Shown in pieces: positions 23,535-33,481 of a stretch of DNA of 33,481 bases. The translations under genes and the position numbers were made by a program. Position 1 is the first letter of the stretch. Each line of letters opens with the position of its first letter. Source of the DNA: Octopus bimaculoides (Eukaryota); the NCBI RefSeq assembly GCF_001194135.2, contig NC_068987.1, forward strand, positions 98,082,287 through 98,115,767, read 5' to 3'. A model generated the notes under the pieces. It did not search any database and had not been told where the DNA came from. It saw only the letters and a program-made list of their open reading frames with translations.

Positions 23535-23808
23535 TGGAATCTAAAAACAGAAACAATTCCTATCATAGTAGGTGCCTTAGGTATAGTAAAAAAAAATTCA
23601 GACAAATACATAACAAAAACACCAGGACTTACAAATATATATAACATACAGAAAACTGCACTACTGGGCACTGCACACATCCTACGCAAAACACTTTCAA
23701 TACAGTAACCATAAGAGCATCACAGAAAACCACAGCACATATCCAAGGCGCACAGAGCTGCGCTCGGTAGTGAAGTGAAAGCACGTTATAAAAATAAAAC
23801 TACTGAGC
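23535..23808 (+). mobile_element. 3' end of an R4/Dong-like (RLE-type) non-LTR retrotransposon: ORF C-terminus plus about 100-nt 3' UTR
   Basis: 23535-23708 translates, with one +1 frameshift, as WNLKTETIPIIVGALGIVKKNSDKYITKTPGLTNIYNIQKTA/LLGTAHILRKTLSIQ*. This matches the PIIVGALG...QK..LLGTA.ILR..L C-terminal pattern of R4/Dong-clade proteins. It ends directly at (AAT)n. Confidence 0.8.
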
Positions 23809-23880
23809 AATAATAATAATAACAACAACAACATCGAAAAATACTTTAGGAATGAAAACAAAGGTTCGAAATTTCCCCAA

Positions 23881-23926
23881 GACATCTGATGAAGGCTGGA
23901 GTGTATATCAGCCGAAACATTGTGTT
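23881..23926 (+). ncRNA. Minimal type I hammerhead ribozyme motif (right H1 copy)
   Basis: GACAT-CTGATGA-A-GGCTG-GAGTGTATAT-CAGCC-GAAACATT-GTGTT: perfect 5-bp stem II, 5-bp stem I with wobbles; the ACGT palindrome is mutated to ACAT (CpG-type change). Confidence 0.75.
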
Positions 23927-24622
23927 AACAACAAACAAGATGAGGACAAACATCCGTCAAATGTAAATCATATAAATAACGTACATAATTCCTCATCTCT
24001 TAAATACAGAACTGTATTAACTGATCCTTCTGTATTTCCTTTTACCCAAAGCCAGGAACTTTTCGGCACCCCTTCGTGTATATATATATCTATAGATTAT
24101 ACATATGCGCGCTTGTGAATATGTTTGCCTGCATATATGTATCTTCTTTCAGACACAAGTCTTTATTTGTTATCTCTTATTAATGAACGCACTTTGTGAT
24201 ATTGTAATATTTAACTATAAACTGTTCAATGCTTTTTTCGAAGCCTCCGAAATTGAAGACTTCATTTTTTTTTAATGTTCATATTAAATTACCTAAATGT
24301 ACTTTCCACTTTGGTGTTTCACAATAAATCTCATCAGATAACCGAGTAAACGTTTTCTCATTTGATAAAAATATACATTTAATTCCACCTACGTTCATTC
24401 ATATTTTGTTTATGTATTCGGTAAGCAACATTCGCTTTTTTTTACACACCTCTCATTTTAACCGGATACGTCGTAATTAAGTATACTTACGTCTTTATTT
24501 GCATAATTACTTACTTACTCACTCACATGCACACACATACGCACATGCCCACATATGCACACACACACACACACTCACACACACACTCACACGCATATAT
24601 GTATGTATATATATGTAATGTG

Positions 24623-24667
<45 letters not shown>

Positions 24668-26582
24668 NNNNNNNNNNNNNNNNNNNNNNNNNNNNNNNNN
24701 NNNNNNNNNNNNNNNNNNNNNNNNNNNNNNNNNNNNNNNNNNNNNNNNNNNNNNNNNNNNNNNNNNNNNNNNNNNNNNNNNNNNNNNNNNNNNNNNNNNN
24801 NNNNNNNNNNNNNNNNNNNNNNNNNNNNNNNNNNNNNNNNNNNNNNNNNNNNNNNNNNNNNNNNNNNNNNNNNNNNNNNNNNNNNNNNNNNNNNNNNNNN
24901 NNNNNNNNNNNNNNNNNNNNNNNNNNNNNNNNNNNNNNNNNNNNNNNNNNNNNNNNNNNNNNNNNNNNNNNNNNNNNNNNNNNNNNNNNNNNNNNNNNNN
25001 NNNNNNNNNNNNNNNNNNNNNNNNNNNNNNNNNNNNNNNNNNNNNNNNNNNNNNNNNNNNNNNNNNNNNNNNNNNNNNNNNNNNNNNNNNNNNNNNNNNN
25101 NNNNNNNNNNNNNNNNNNNNNNNNNNNNNNNNNNNNNNNNNNNNNNNNNNNNNNNNNNNNNNNNNNNNNNNNNNNNNNNNNNNNNNNNNNNNNNNNNNNN
25201 NNNNNNNNNNNNNNNNNNNNNNNNNNNNNNNNNNNNNNNNNNNNNNNNNNNNNNNNNNNNNNNNNNNNNNNNNNNNNNNNNNNNNNNNNNNNNNNNNNNN
25301 NNNNNNNNNNNNNNNNNNNNNNNNNNNNNNNNNNNNNNNNNNNNNNNNNNNNNNNNNNNNNNNNNNNNNNNNNNNNNNNNNNNNNNNNNNNNNNNNNNNN
25401 NNNNNNNNNNNNNNNNNNNNNNNNNNNNNNNNNNNNNNNNNNNNNNNNNNNNNNNNNNNNNNNNNNNNNNNNNNNNNNNNNNNNNNNNNNNNNNNNNNNN
25501 NNNNNNNNNNNNNNNNNNNNNNNNNNNNNNNNNNNNNNNNNNNNNNNNNNNNNNNNNNNNNNNNNNNNNNNNNNNNNNNNNNNNNNNNNNNNNNNNNNNN
25601 NNNNNNNNNNNNNNNNNNNNNNNNNNNNNNNNNNNNNNNNNNNNNNNATATATATATATATTACTAGTACTAGACTAATAAGTGGTTTAGTCTGATTGAA
25701 CGGAGACTGTGTGCTAAGAAAGTCCAGAAATTACATCGTGGAAGAACCACACAAAGTTATAACGTTGCAGTGGTACAGTTTCCGTGACCAGGTTGTAATT
25801 GTACGACAAAACTTTTCACGCCTCATCAAATGTATTGAAATTTTAAAGAGGAGATAACAGCTCTGTATCTCTTACATACATATAATCATACATACATAGA
25901 TATATGTACACACATATACACATATGTATATATATCAACTAATATGAAAATGAAGGCGGTTTTATTAATTATATAGAATGACTCATTGTTCAAAATTACG
26001 AATGAAAGCGTTGATACACATCGTACCTAAAAACTTTACACGTTATATTTAATAGAAATATATTACACACTAATATTAGTCATAAAACGATGGCGGATAA
26101 TACATAAATGCGACAGTTGTACGCTGGCCGCAGAAAATGATGGGTTGCAATCATATAAAATGATAATTCTCTACCTCCGTTTTCTTAATCTCTCTCTCTC
26201 TCTCTCTCTCTCTCCCTCTTCACACACACACACACACATAAAGTTTGTGCATGTATCTATGTATACCTCTTATATATATACAATCATACATGCATATACA
26301 TACATATGTACATACATATGCATGTGCGTGTGAGTACTTTGATATATCCTCATATGTATTGAATAACAGGTAGATTATTCGGTTAAATTTTGAAGAACTT
26401 ATTTGAGTACTCGCTATTGAAGAAACATTTTAAATTTCTCTGTTGACATTTCTTGGTATATTTAATGAGAACAATACTTGATTCTACCTTATCTCGAATT
26501 GTCTCTGTTTTCCAGGTCGTCGGGATTTTTCATATCCATATATGGTTCCTCGTTTGATTATTATATTTGCTGAATAGTTTCC

Positions 26583-26668
26583 TATGTATGTATGTATGTA
26601 TGTATGTATGTATGTATGTATGTATGTATGTAGGTAGGTAGGTAGGTAGGTAGGTAGGTAGGTAGGTA
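26583..26668. repeat. (TATG)n-(TAGG)n compound microsatellite
   Basis: Directly visible. Confidence 0.97.
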
Positions 26669-26794
26669 TTCAGATTATGAAACCAATATCGTTTTGAAAC
26701 TTTATGAAATTACGAAGATTATGGTTCCAAACAAAAACTAATTTACAAATCATTAATAAATTAAACACAACCAGAAAAGCTGTCACATTCAGCA

Positions 26795-27325
26795 TACGTG
26801 ATCTGATCAATAAGTATACAGACTGTTGCTTTAGTAACGAAGCTAAAGCATGCAGAGTGAAGCTGCTTGGCACGAACAGAACTTGAACTCGGTTGGGTAC
26901 GCAAATTAAGTTTAAACGTTCTAGTTCACTTCTTTGGTTTACTGTAGTGTTTGGAAGGAAGGTGTGTAGCATGTGATCGTCGTATTGACCATGATAGAGA
27001 AAGTTGAGCATAGAATCTGCATCAATTTTTGTCAAAAGCTTGGCGATACCTTCTTAGTGGCCTGCGCAAAGTTTTCAAAACGTTTACATCATTCACGACA
27101 CAATCAAGGAGATCTTATGCAACTGAAACCCAAGTGTATTTATTTCTGGTCAGCTGAAACCAGTTTGGGCACAAACTTGGCAGACACGTGTCTCATACCC
27201 AAATCTTCAGTGATAATTGACTGAACTGAATTGGTTAGATCGTGGTTAGATTGTGGCTAGATCGTTGATGATCTCTTTCTAGCATATCGGATATCCACTT
27301 AGTGGTCATCCCTTCTTATACGCAT
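26795..27325. mobile_element. Rearranged mariner relic: left end and transposase N-terminus (+) joined to an inverted internal transposase segment (-)
   Basis: TIR-like TACGTGATCTGATCAATAAGTATACAGACT at 26795. Plus strand gives MIEKVEHRICINFCQKLGDT (about 26991-27050). Minus strand 27053-27325 gives SVQSIITEDLGMRHVSAKFVPKLVSADQK ... VSVA*DLLDCVVNDVNVLKT, the linker homologous to mariner WVPHEL. Confidence 0.85.
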
Positions 27326-27419
27326 GTAATACAATTTTTCTGAATTTTCAGGGTTTTTTTTTTATATGCTAGGCCACTGGTTTTAAATTGATGTTAATTA
27401 GATTAATATTCAATTTATC

Positions 27420-28056
27420 ACTCTCAGTTTATATATATAAAGCTATAGTTTTCTCAGCCTATTCTTGTAGCTCACACGTTGCACTGTTTCAATCTGTTTA
27501 GTGTAGTGGTGTTGGACTGCTTCAAGCTCCTCTGTTTGGCACTATGTAGTGACCATAACTGGGAGCAATAGTCTAGGCGGCTGAGAACAAAGGTTCTCCA
27601 CAGAGTCAACATAGTTTCTTGGTCTCTTGACTTGAAGGACTTCAGTATCCATCCTGTCAGTTGTCTGCACTTTGCTGCCATCTTTCAAATGTGCATATAA
27701 ATTAAAGCGTCATTGCACATACTGATTCCCAAATCTTTCACTGCCTTTGACTCTGGGTTTGTAGTGCTTTAGAGTTCTGCATATGTAGATTGTACTGTAT
27801 TCATGAGTTGATAGCGCTGTGCTTGAAATTTTTGTAGCATTAAACTGCAGGTTGTTTATTTCGGCCCGCTTGTATATTGAATTTAGGCCCCGCCTTAAGC
27901 GTCTGACATCATATTGTTTTTGTTTTGTATTGCCTATGATAATATTGTATCATCAGCATAGGTAGTAAGAGTGGTTGTCCGAGTGACCGTGGGCATATCT
28001 AAGGGGGCTAATATGAACAGTAATGGCCCCAGAACAGCTCCCTGAGGACACCACTT
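27420..28056 (-). mobile_element. Decayed LINE reverse transcriptase fragment (CR1/L2 group)
   Basis: SGVPQGAVLGPLLFILAPLDMP...TTYADDT (YADD at 27949-27960)...VKDLGI...GWILKSFKSRDQETMLTLWRTFVLSRLDYCSQLWS...ELEAVQHHYTKQI...SYKNRLRKL, with stops and frameshifts. Confidence 0.92.
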
Positions 28057-29031
28057 AGGATTTGAGTTTCCTCAGAAAGGGCACCATATATAAAGATATA
28101 CATACACATATTATGCTCGTAGGGATATAATTCATGCTGTGTCTTCTTGAAGTACATCTGCTTATTCCAGGATTAAATTCCATTCGGTAATGTTTGCCAT
28201 TGTTGTACTAATGCGTGGTACATCTCAGTGTTGACAATTCTGGAAGTTTTGTTTGCAGAGTGATTTTATAACAAAACAGGAATCTGAAGAATTTATCTGT
28301 CTGTCTATAAACATTAATACGTACACACACAAACACACACACACACACACACATACACACACACACACGCACACACGCACACACACACACGCACACACAC
28401 ACACACACACTCAGGTGCATATATATAATGTAATATAGCACATGTTTATATATATATANNNNNNNNNNNNNNNNNNNNNNNNNNNNNNNNNNNNNNNNNN
28501 NNNNNNNNNNNNNNNNNNNNNNNNNNNNNNNNNNNNNNNNNNNNNNNNNNNNNNNNNNNNNNNNNNNNNNNNNNNNNNNNNNNNNNNNNNNNNNNNNNNN
28601 NNNNNNNNNNNNNNNNNNNNNNNNNNNNNNNNNNNNNNNNNNNNNNNNNNNNNNNNNNNNNNNNNNNNNNNNNNNNNNNNNNNNNNNNNNNNNNNNNNNN
28701 NNNNNNNNNNNNNNNNNNNNNNNNNNNNNNNNNNNNNNNNNNNNNNNNNNNNNNNNNNNNNNNNNNNNNNNNNNNNNNNNNNNNNNNNNNNNNNNNNNNN
28801 NNNNNNNNNNNNNNNNNNNNNNNNNNNNNNNNNNNNNNNNNNNNNNNNNNNNNNNNNNNNNNNNNNNNNNNNNNNNNNNNNNNNNNNNNNNNNNNNNNNN
28901 NNNNNNNNNNNNNNNNNNNNNNNNNNNNNNNNNNNNNNNNNNNNNNNNNNNNNNNNNNNNNNNNNNNNNNNNNNNNNNNNNNNNNNNNNNNNNNNNNNNN
29001 NNNNNNNNNNNNNNNNNNNNNNNNNNNNNNN

Positions 29032-29062
<31 letters not shown>

Positions 29063-29319
29063 ATACATACATACATGTATTTGTGTGAATGCGCAATTAG
29101 ATATGTATCTACAGCCAGGTATCTTTCTCCGAGCATCAACCTAATTCAATAAGTTTAATCTCATGTATTGTCCTGTTGTTTTTTATAACTCGTATACACG
29201 TACTCACACACGCGCGCACATACACACGCACACAAGCACACTCTCACGCATACGCGTAAGTACGTACGTATGTATATATGTATGTATGTATGTGTGTGTG
29301 TATATATGTATTGTATTAT

Positions 29320-29480
29320 ATACACCGTGCCCCCAGAAATGTATCACAGAAAGCTATGTACATGTCATCCAGTGCAATGTGTTACAGAACCATGTTGTTT
29401 AGCGAAAAGCAACACTTGGCTTGTTTCAAAAGACTCCATAGTAACAAATATACGGAGATTAGATATCTCGGATTTACTTA
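29320..29480 (+). mobile_element. Possible Tc1/mariner left-end relic
   Basis: TACACCGTGCCCCCAGAAATGTAT resembles a TA-flanked TIR and is followed by MLFSEKQHLACF, weakly like a transposase N-terminus. No right TIR was found. Confidence 0.3.
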
Positions 29481-30056
29481 CTTGCTGTAGAATACGCTTT
29501 CATTTTTATGTTTTCACTATATGAAAAGTATGTAGAGATGGGGATTGATTCTGTTGTGTATATAATACCCTGGTTGCTATACTTCATATTGTTGCTGCTG
29601 CTGTTGTAGTTGGCTCGAGATTTTGTTGCTTGGTAAATGTAACAATAATAACAGTAATAATAACTTGGAAAAATAGAAAGTGGTGAATGCAAAAATGGCG
29701 AATGTAAGTGAATAACAGTCGCTCTAAATCAGAGCAAGTTTTGGGGTACACAGACACACACATACTCGCATGCGTGCATGTAGATACAGAGTAGAACACA
29801 CACGCACACTGAAAAAAACACACGCATACATAAATACACGAAAATAGATAGGAATACATTAGGTTAGGCTTATAGGTGTCTTGGTGTAGGTGGTTATAAA
29901 TAAGACACAGATACACATAATCACGCTCACAGAAACGCATACACAGGAATACACACACAAACACAAACATATATAGTATGTGTGTGTGTGTGGGGATATG
30001 TATTATAAATGTATGTATATGCGTGTGAGTGTACGTGAATCTGTGTGAGTGTGTAG

Positions 30057-30090
<34 letters not shown>

Positions 30091-30682
30091 GGACGAAGTA
30101 GATATGCACCCCCACATATCGTTACCTGTATAAAAGATTCATTTATTTTGTGTGCACATATGTTTATGTACAAGAATGTGTTTGTGTGCACATAAAAGAG
30201 ATATATGTGTGTGTATGTGTATGAGTGTGTATGTGTGAAAGCATGCATATTACACACATAGACACAAGAATGCGCACAGAAACACGTGCACGCACACATA
30301 CATGCACAGAGCTACTCCGGCGGCCACGTGCATACAAACGTTCATTGAAGACATCTGAAAGCAGGGAGAAAAGCCGGAAACGCGTTCGAAATCGACCTAA
30401 TGAGATGACATCAATGCCTTGATGTTTGACTTATGTTGTGAAGTGGGGGGGAGTGATTTATTTTGGCAGGGGGTCATAGGGGAACCAATTTTTGTCTATT
30501 GTGAATCTTTCTTTCAGATGTTATCTAGTGCAAGTGTGTATTAATAGATGCAGAGGTTGCTGCACTCAAATAAACAAGGGCTACACAATCTTTAGCATTA
30601 ACAACAATGACCATCAGCATATACATCCACAGACACACAGACACACACACACACACACACATACATATATACACACATATAC

Positions 30683-30716
<34 letters not shown>

Positions 30717-31023
30717 NNNNNNNNNNNNNNNNNNNNNNNNNNNNNNNNNNNNNNNNNNNNNNNNNNNNNNNNNNNNNNNNNNNNNNNNNNNNNNNNNNNN
30801 NNNNNNNNNNNNNNNNNNNNNNNNNNNNNNNNNNNNNNNNNNNNNNNNNNNNNNNNNNNNNNNNNNNNNNNNNNNNNNNNNNNNNNNNNNNNNNNNNNNN
30901 NNNNNNNNNNNNNNNNNNNNNNNNNNNNNNNNNNNNNNNNNNNNNNNNNNNNNNNNNNNNNNNNNNNNNNNNNNNNNNNNNNNNNNNNNNNNNNNNNNNN
31001 NNNNNNNNNNNNNNNNNNNNNNN

Positions 31024-31080
<57 letters not shown>

Positions 31081-31159
31081 TTGATAGATTGATAGATAGA
31101 TAGATAGATAGATATGTGTGTGTGTCTATTTCTATAACAACGCAATTCTGAGGGCAGCA

Positions 31160-31900
31160 GTTACATTACAACATCATCATTAACAACGACAACAACAACA
31201 ACAGCAACAACATCAACAACAACTGCATTAACCATAACAACAGAAAACGACAATAGATTGTGAACACGCAATCTGAGAGATGAGGGGAAAAGAACAACAA
31301 TAATTACTAGAAGAATAACAACAAAAAAATGACGAAAATGAAAGTGAAAGAACAACAGTTGAAGTAACTATAGCCACAGAAGAAAAAAAATTTGGAGGGG
31401 GGGGGCAAGCAGCCACAACAATAACAACAACTAAATGATAATTAACTGTGGAAAGCCTGTACAACAAAAACACGAACGAATATAACTACAACGGCGGCTG
31501 ACGAAGTGAATTATAATATTTATATCAACAATAATTGCAACAATAATGTTTAAAACAAGAAGTGTTAGAATAGGAATAATAATGTTAATAGTGACAAAAC
31601 ATAAGGAAAAAAAAGGAAAAGTACAAGATGCGTGTAAGAATTGCATTAACAACATTATCAACATCAGTTACAACAATAATGATAACAAATGCAACTGGAA
31701 TAGAAGAGCAAGAAGAAAAAGAAACGAAATTCTTTTAGAAACGTCGTAATGGGGGTGAAATGAAATAAGAGGAAACTAAAAAAAAAATAAATAAATGTAA
31801 TAACTAAAGCAATAAAAGATATGATAATAATAAGAAGAGTAACAACAACGATGGCCAGGGCAACGACAATAACAACAACATCAATTGCCTCACGGAGCCG
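31160..31900. repeat. Degenerate (CAA)/(AAT)-rich low-complexity region
   Basis: Decayed trinucleotide runs throughout. Confidence 0.75.
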
Positions 31901-32002
31901 AGTGAGGGTGGGGGTGTTGGGGAGAGGAAAACATTAACAAAATGAAACGAAATCGGGCAAAAGAAAATAGAACAAAACCGTCGGCATGTATAGCAACGAC
32001 TG

Positions 32003-32872
32003 CAAGAAGAAGAAGAAGAAGAAGAAGGAGGAGGGGAAGAAAAAGAAAAAGAAGAAGAAGGAGGAGGAGGAGGAGGAGAAGAGAAGAAGGAGGTGGAGAA
32101 GAAGGAGTTGGAGAAGAAGAGGAAGAAGAAGGAGGAGGAGAAGAAAAAGAAAAAGAAGAAGAAGGAGGAGGAGGAGGAGGAGAAGAGAAGAAGGAGGTNN
32201 NNNNNNNNNNNNNNNNNNNNNNNNNNNNNNNNNNNNNNNNNNNNNNNNNNNNNNNNNNNNNNNNNNNNNNNNNNNNNNNNNNNNNNNNNNNNNNNNNNNN
32301 NNNNNNNNNNNNNNNNNNNNNNNNNNNNNNNNNNNNNNNNNNNNNNNNNNNNNNNNNNNNNNNNNNNNNNNNNNNNNNNNNNNNNNNNNNNNNNNNNNNN
32401 NNNNNNNNNNNNNNNNNNNNNNNNNNNNNNNNNNNNNNNNNNNNNNNNNNNNNNNNNNNNNNNNNNNNNNNNNNNNNNNNNNNNNNNNNNNNNNNNNNNN
32501 NNNNNNNNNNNNNNNNNNNNNNNNNNNNNNNNNNNNNNNNNNNNNNNNNNNNNNNNNNNNNNNNNNNNNNNNNNNNNNNNNNNNNNNNNNNNNNNNNNNN
32601 NNNNNNNNNNNNNNNNNNNNNNNNNNNNNNNNNNAGAAGAAGAAGAGAAGGGGTGGATGAAGATGAGGGGGAGGAGGAGGCGGAGGGGAGAAGAAGAAGA
32701 AGAAGAAGGAGGAGAAGAAGAAGAAGTAGAAGAAGTAGAAGAAGAAGAAGTAGTAGAAGAAGAAGAGGAAGGAGAGGAAAGGAAAAAAAAGAAGAAAAAG
32801 AGATAGAAGAAGAACTACTACTACTACAATGCTACTACTACTACAACTACTACTACTACAACTACTACAATG

Positions 32873-32913
<41 letters not shown>

Positions 32914-33116
32914 GGGTCAGCAGCAGCAGCAGCAGCAGCAACAGCATCAACGACAACTGCAGCAATATGAAGACCAAGAACTACAACAACCGCAGCAGCA
33001 ACAACAACACCACCAACACCAACAACAACAACTATTACTACTGCAACTCTTTCTCCTCCTCCTCCTCCTCCACCCCCCACCATCTCCTCATCCTCCTGCT
33101 GCTGCTACTGCTGCTG

Positions 33117-33152
<36 letters not shown>

Positions 33153-33246
33153 ACTACTACTGAGCAGAAAAAGAAAGGTAGAGCAATAAAATTACGAAAC
33201 GCAAGAAATGAAGCAGAAAGAAGCCACGACAACAAAAGTATCATTC

Positions 33247-33277
<31 letters not shown>

Positions 33278-33304
33278 AAACAACAACAACAACAACAACA
33301 ACAA

Positions 33305-33342
<38 letters not shown>

Positions 33343-33345
33343 GCA
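32003..33345. repeat. Mosaic trinucleotide satellite: (GAA/GAG)n, (CTA)n, (CAG)n, (CAA)n, (CCT)n
   Basis: Directly visible; source of the poly-E/K/R/T/N/L ORFs. Confidence 0.95.
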
Positions 33346-33481
33346 ACTGCTACTGCTACGAAGCATTGCATGTATAATTAAACATATTTCTAAGTAAACA
33401 ACTGCGTATGTGCAGCATTCTTGCAGCTGAAATGTAGTTGAGTGCATCGTGGTAATGCAGTGGTGGCAATGATAATGGTGT

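Larger units (their letters stand above)
22845..24015 (+). mobile_element. tRNA-headed hammerhead-bearing element (family H1), right copy, interrupted in its (AAT)n linker
   Basis: A-box TGGCATAGTGG at 22845-22855, B-box GAGTTCAATTC at 22888-22898, then (AAT)n and a gap. After the nested LINE end, (AAT)n(AAC)n resumes at 23809 with a body homologous to the left copy. Confidence 0.8.
22370..24080 (+). mobile_element. Internally deleted mariner-type MITE (about 225 bp) split into 22370-22545 and 24016-24080
   Basis: Left TIR TACGAGACGATGCTGAAAAATTCCTGGCTTT versus the reverse complement of the right end, TACACGAAGGGGTGCCGAAAAGTTCCTGGCTTT. 22461-22523 encodes LQKLKDRFNKCVNLRWEYVE*, resembling a mariner transposase C-terminus. 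Confidence 0.85.
2143..32634. other. Thirteen assembly gaps: about 2143-2152, 2530-3015, 4511-4708, 5944-6324, 9876-10716, 12075-12673, 13598-13859, 18194-18530, 22925-23533, 24668-25648, 28459-29031, 30717-31023, 32199-32634
   Basis: Runs of N, almost all bordered by (TA)n, (TG)n, (CA)n, (AAT)n or (GAA)n, as expected of short-read assembly breaks at simple repeats. Confidence 0.98.

Noticed and set aside
24313-24340. Minus-strand CTGATGA-GATTTATTGT-GAAACACC hammerhead-like string
   Set aside because: It has no stem II pairing, no UH cleavage triplet and no stem I complement.
26340-26582. Minus-strand peptide KIPTTWKTETIRDK resembling a LINE pre-RT IP..WK motif
   Set aside because: The similarity is limited to a few residues with no downstream motifs.
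30495-30620. Strong-looking splice acceptor (TCTTTCTTTCAG/AT at 30517) with an open frame CYLVQVCINRCRGCC
   Set aside because: No convincing donor, the frame runs into a microsatellite, and the peptide is not recognisable. RNA-seq junction reads would be needed.
2276-32970. ORFs of 100-380 aa containing X runs
   Set aside because: They stay open only because they cross N gaps and flanking microsatellites.

Overview
Repeat-saturated, AT-rich eukaryotic non-coding DNA from a gapped draft assembly: 13 N-gaps, nearly all bordered by microsatellites. The SINE types and microsatellite load resemble an octopus (coleoid cephalopod) genome; this is an inference. No host protein-coding exon could be supported, and almost every long ORF in the track is a microsatellite or N-gap artefact. 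Recognisable content: about 20 copies or fragments of at least four tRNA-type SINE-like families, two decayed CR1/L2-group LINE ORF2 fragments, mariner relics, a MITE, and the 3' end of an R4/Dong-like non-LTR element. The most interesting locus is 22.37-24.08 kb. There a mariner MITE is split by one insertion flanked by a 15-bp direct repeat. The insertion consists of two head-to-head copies of an element built as tRNA-like Pol III head + (AAT)n(AAC)n linker + minimal type I hammerhead ribozyme of the Penelope-like kind + ~95-nt tail. One copy carries a Dong-like element nested in its (AAT)n linker. A second, unrelated element with a well-formed A6U-variant minimal hammerhead sits inside a SINE at 11.6-11.8 kb. 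Whether these elements are already catalogued cannot be determined without a database search.
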